DNA of 64,000 bases from assembly GCA_965249135.1 (NCBI GenBank), contig OZ252220.1, forward strand, positions 1,536,001 through 1,600,000. The letters run 5' to 3'. Positions 61,917 through 64,000 of the stretch are shown in pieces (within the stretch, counting starts at the first letter, position 1; the number at the start of each line of letters is the position of its first letter). The translations under genes and the position numbers were made by a program. Source of the DNA: Alphaproteobacteria bacterium. GTDB taxonomy: Bacteria; Pseudomonadota; Alphaproteobacteria; GCA-2746255. The notes under the pieces were generated by a model. That model was not told where the DNA came from, made no database searches, and worked only from the letters and a program-made list of their open reading frames with translations.

Positions 61917-61931
61917 CGGCAAAAAATGCCG
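61917..61931. promoter_or_regulatory. ftr-like (FlbD-type) enhancer
   Basis: Dyad CGGCA-AAAAA-TGCCG about 110 bp upstream of the predicted sigma54 TSS. Confidence 0.6.
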
Positions 61932-62027
61932 ATACCTTTTTTTCGTAGGCCCGGAAGGCGGCCGAAACGTGATAAGGTCAGGGGCGAGATTAAGGGAAGG
62001 AAAGTCGCCCGAAAGGGAGGGGGATAC

Positions 62028-62717
62028 ATGGAGACGAAGCCGGGAAAATGCATCCTGGTGATCGAAGACGACTCGGCCCTTCGCCAATCCTTAGCCGAAC
62101 AGCTTCAGCTTCACGAGGAGTTCGAGGTCGATGAGGCCGGGGACGGGGCGCAAGGGCTGGAGGTCGTCAAGAAAGGCCATCACGACCTGATTCTTCTGGA
62201 CGTTCATCTGCCCGACATGGATGGCCGGGAGGTCTGCAAGCTTATTCGGCGCGCCGGTATTCTCACGCCGGTCATCATGTTGACCGGCGCGAATTCGGAG
62301 GTGGACACCATCTTCGGCCTCGACTCGGGCGCCAACGACTATGTCACGAAACCGTTCAAGCTTGGCGTTCTGCTGGCCCGCATCCGCTCCCAACTTCGCC
62401 AGCATGAACAAAGCGAGAATGCCGTCTTTACGATCGGCCCCTACCGCTTTCGGCCGAGCCTTCGTCAACTGCAGGCAGACGGCAAGGTGGTCCGGCTGAC
62501 GGACAAGGAATCGGCGATCTTGAAATATCTCTGCCGGGTGGGCGAGAAGGTGGTGAGCCGGGAAGTACTGTTGAGCGAGGTCTGGGGCTACAATGCAGGC
62601 GTCACGACCCATACGCTTGGAACCCACATCTACCGGCTTCGCCAGAAGATCGAACAGGATCCGGCGAATGCTGAAATCCTGTTGACGGAGTCCGGCGGCT
62701 ACCGCCTGAACGCCTGA
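62028..62717 (+). CDS. cenR: OmpR-family response regulator, CenR-like
   Basis: LAEQLQLHEEF, GANDYVTKPF, QHEQSE, VWGYNAGVTTHTL.THIYRLRQKIE; xth and LDT neighbours. Confidence 0.85.
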   Translation: METKPGKCILVIEDDSALRQSLAEQLQLHEEFEVDEAGDGAQGLEVVKKGHHDLILLDVHLPDMDGREVCKLIRRAGILTPVIMLTGANSEVDTIFGLDSGANDYVTKPFKLGVLLARIRSQLRQHEQSENAVFTIGPYRFRPSLRQLQADGKVVRLTDKESAILKYLCRVGEKVVSREVLLSEVWGYNAGVTTHTLGTHIYRLRQKIEQDPANAEILLTESGGYRLNA

Positions 62718-62720
62718 TTT

Positions 62721-63551
62721 CTACTTTCTTTTTGCGGATGCTTTGTGCGCGGCTGGCCAGTCGAAGACGGCCAGCACCGGCGCGTGATCGGAGGGCTTCT
62801 CCCAGCCCCGGGCGATTTTTAGAATTTCCGCCGAGACGAGCCCGGCTTCGAGGGGGCTTGTGATCCAGATGTGATCGAGGCGGCGTCCACGATCCGAACG
62901 GGCCCAGTCGCGGGCGCGGTAGCTCCACCAACTGTAAAGGCGTTCGGCTTCCGGAACGAAATGGCGGACGGCGTCGACCCAGTTTGCGCTTGCCTGCAAT
63001 CGCTTCATACGCTCGATCTCGACCGGCGTGTGGCTCACGACCTTCAACAATTGCCGGTGTGACCAGACGTCCGTCTCGAGGGGCGCGACGTTGAGATCGC
63101 CCACCAGGATGGCCTTCTTCACGTGCGCCTTTGGTTGGCTGAACCAGGCGGCCATTTCGTCCAGGAAGGCGAGCTTGTGGGCGAAGGATGGATTTTCTTG
63201 CAGGTCCGCCACGTCACCGCCCGCCGGCACGTAGAAATTATGAAGCTCGATGTCGCCCGGCAGCGTGGCTTGGGCGTGGCGGCGGTCGTCACGGCTCGCC
63301 CATTCCCTGCCGCCGGGCGCGGTCAAGGGGAGCCGGGAAAGAATGGCGACCCCGTGATAGCCCTTCTGGCCGCGGATGACGGCATGCGGATAACCGGCAT
63401 CAACGAAGAAGTTTTGCGGAAAGTGGGCATCCTCCACCTTCGTTTCCTGCAGGCACAGCACGTCCGGTGCGAGTTTGCGGATCAGGCGTTCCAGTAACGG
63501 CAGCCGAATGCGAACGGAGTTTACGTTCCAGCTTACGATCTTGACCTTCAT
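62721..63551 (-). CDS. xth: Exodeoxyribonuclease III
   Basis: SWNVNS, LCLQETK, GDLN, SWWSYR, LDH, SDHAP; ATG 63551. Confidence 0.95.
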   Translation of the reverse strand: MKVKIVSWNVNSVRIRLPLLERLIRKLAPDVLCLQETKVEDAHFPQNFFVDAGYPHAVIRGQKGYHGVAILSRLPLTAPGGREWASRDDRRHAQATLPGDIELHNFYVPAGGDVADLQENPSFAHKLAFLDEMAAWFSQPKAHVKKAILVGDLNVAPLETDVWSHRQLLKVVSHTPVEIERMKRLQASANWVDAVRHFVPEAERLYSWWSYRARDWARSDRGRRLDHIWITSPLEAGLVSAEILKIARGWEKPSDHAPVLAVFDWPAAHKASAKRK

Positions 63552-63561
63552 CGGCTTCGGT

Positions 63562-64000
63562 CTAGTCGGAGAGCATGGCAAGGATTGAGGCCTTCGTCCG
63601 TGCCGTCGCCTCGAAGAGCAGCAGGTGGCTGGTGCCATCGACGACGCTAAGCGTGGCGCCGGGAACGCGTTCGGTGAAATCGGGAGCCAGTTTCGCGATC
63701 CAGTCGCCGGCAAGGCCGATCTTGGGGTCGCCCGAGACGAAGCGAACCGGCATCGGGAAGTCGGGCAAGCCGTCATAGTTTGCCGGATCGACGTGGCAGG
63801 CGAAGATCGCCGCCTCGACTTCCGGCGGCGAGGTAAGGGTGTAGTCTTCCTCGCCGGTGGGCCGCAGATTCGCGCGCGCGTAATTGAGAAGACGGCCTTC
63901 CTCGAACAATCGAAAGAGGGATTTGCCCTTAAGCGCGTCGGCCAACGTTTTCGGGTTCGGCCAGCGCGCCTTTCGGTTTTGCGAGAGCCGGACAAGCTCG
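63562..64000 (-). CDS. Alpha/beta hydrolase, 3' part (partial)
   Basis: PEVEAAIF..PVRFVSGD..GTSHLLLFE (catalytic His region); runs off the window edge. Confidence 0.7.
   Translation of the reverse strand, partial: ELVRLSQNRKARWPNPKTLADALKGKSLFRLFEEGRLLNYARANLRPTGEEDYTLTSPPEVEAAIFACHVDPANYDGLPDFPMPVRFVSGDPKIGLAGDWIAKLAPDFTERVPGATLSVVDGTSHLLLFEATARTKASILAMLSD

Overview
GC-rich, very compact alphaproteobacterial chromosome segment (Rhodospirillales-like by gene order; inference) spanning the replication origin. It holds about 73 CDS, almost all housekeeping: pstA-pstB-phoU-phoB; ald/ampG/adenosine kinase; nth; dapB; hrcA-grpE-dnaK-dnaJ; rph-rdgB-hemW; lpoA / rsmI-yraN-BON-gshB-comM; the his cluster; hslVU; timA-mltA-lutABC-smr-XRE; fxsA-secB; ppsR-maf-aroE-coaE-dnaQ; the putative oriC (39640-39955); hemE-hemH-hemJ-rho; yyaL-ogt-DLH-qor; ferredoxin-mnmE-mnmG-rsmG (with an internal parS)-parA-parB; leuS-lptE-holA; yggS; an L,D-transpeptidase; cenR; xth. 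I saw no rRNA, tRNA, CRISPR array, transposase, prophage or defence system, and I cannot claim a demonstrably new multi-gene system. The best leads are regulatory or structural. (1) An uncharacterised gene (61219-61794) sits behind a perfect sigma54 promoter, an IHF-like site and an ftr/FlbD-like enhancer, which suggests an unrecognised late flagellar gene. (2) The oriC has back-to-back DnaA boxes overlapped by a CtrA-like site and two convergent DnaA-trio-like arrays. (3) A 37-codon uORF is coupled to rho. (4) Five short tandem duplications lie in or next to 5' regions. (5) Several genes look leaderless. (6) Two pyruvate-producing catabolic modules (ald, lutABC) each sit directly behind a peptidoglycan-turnover gene. 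All product calls come from motif recognition by eye, not from database searches.
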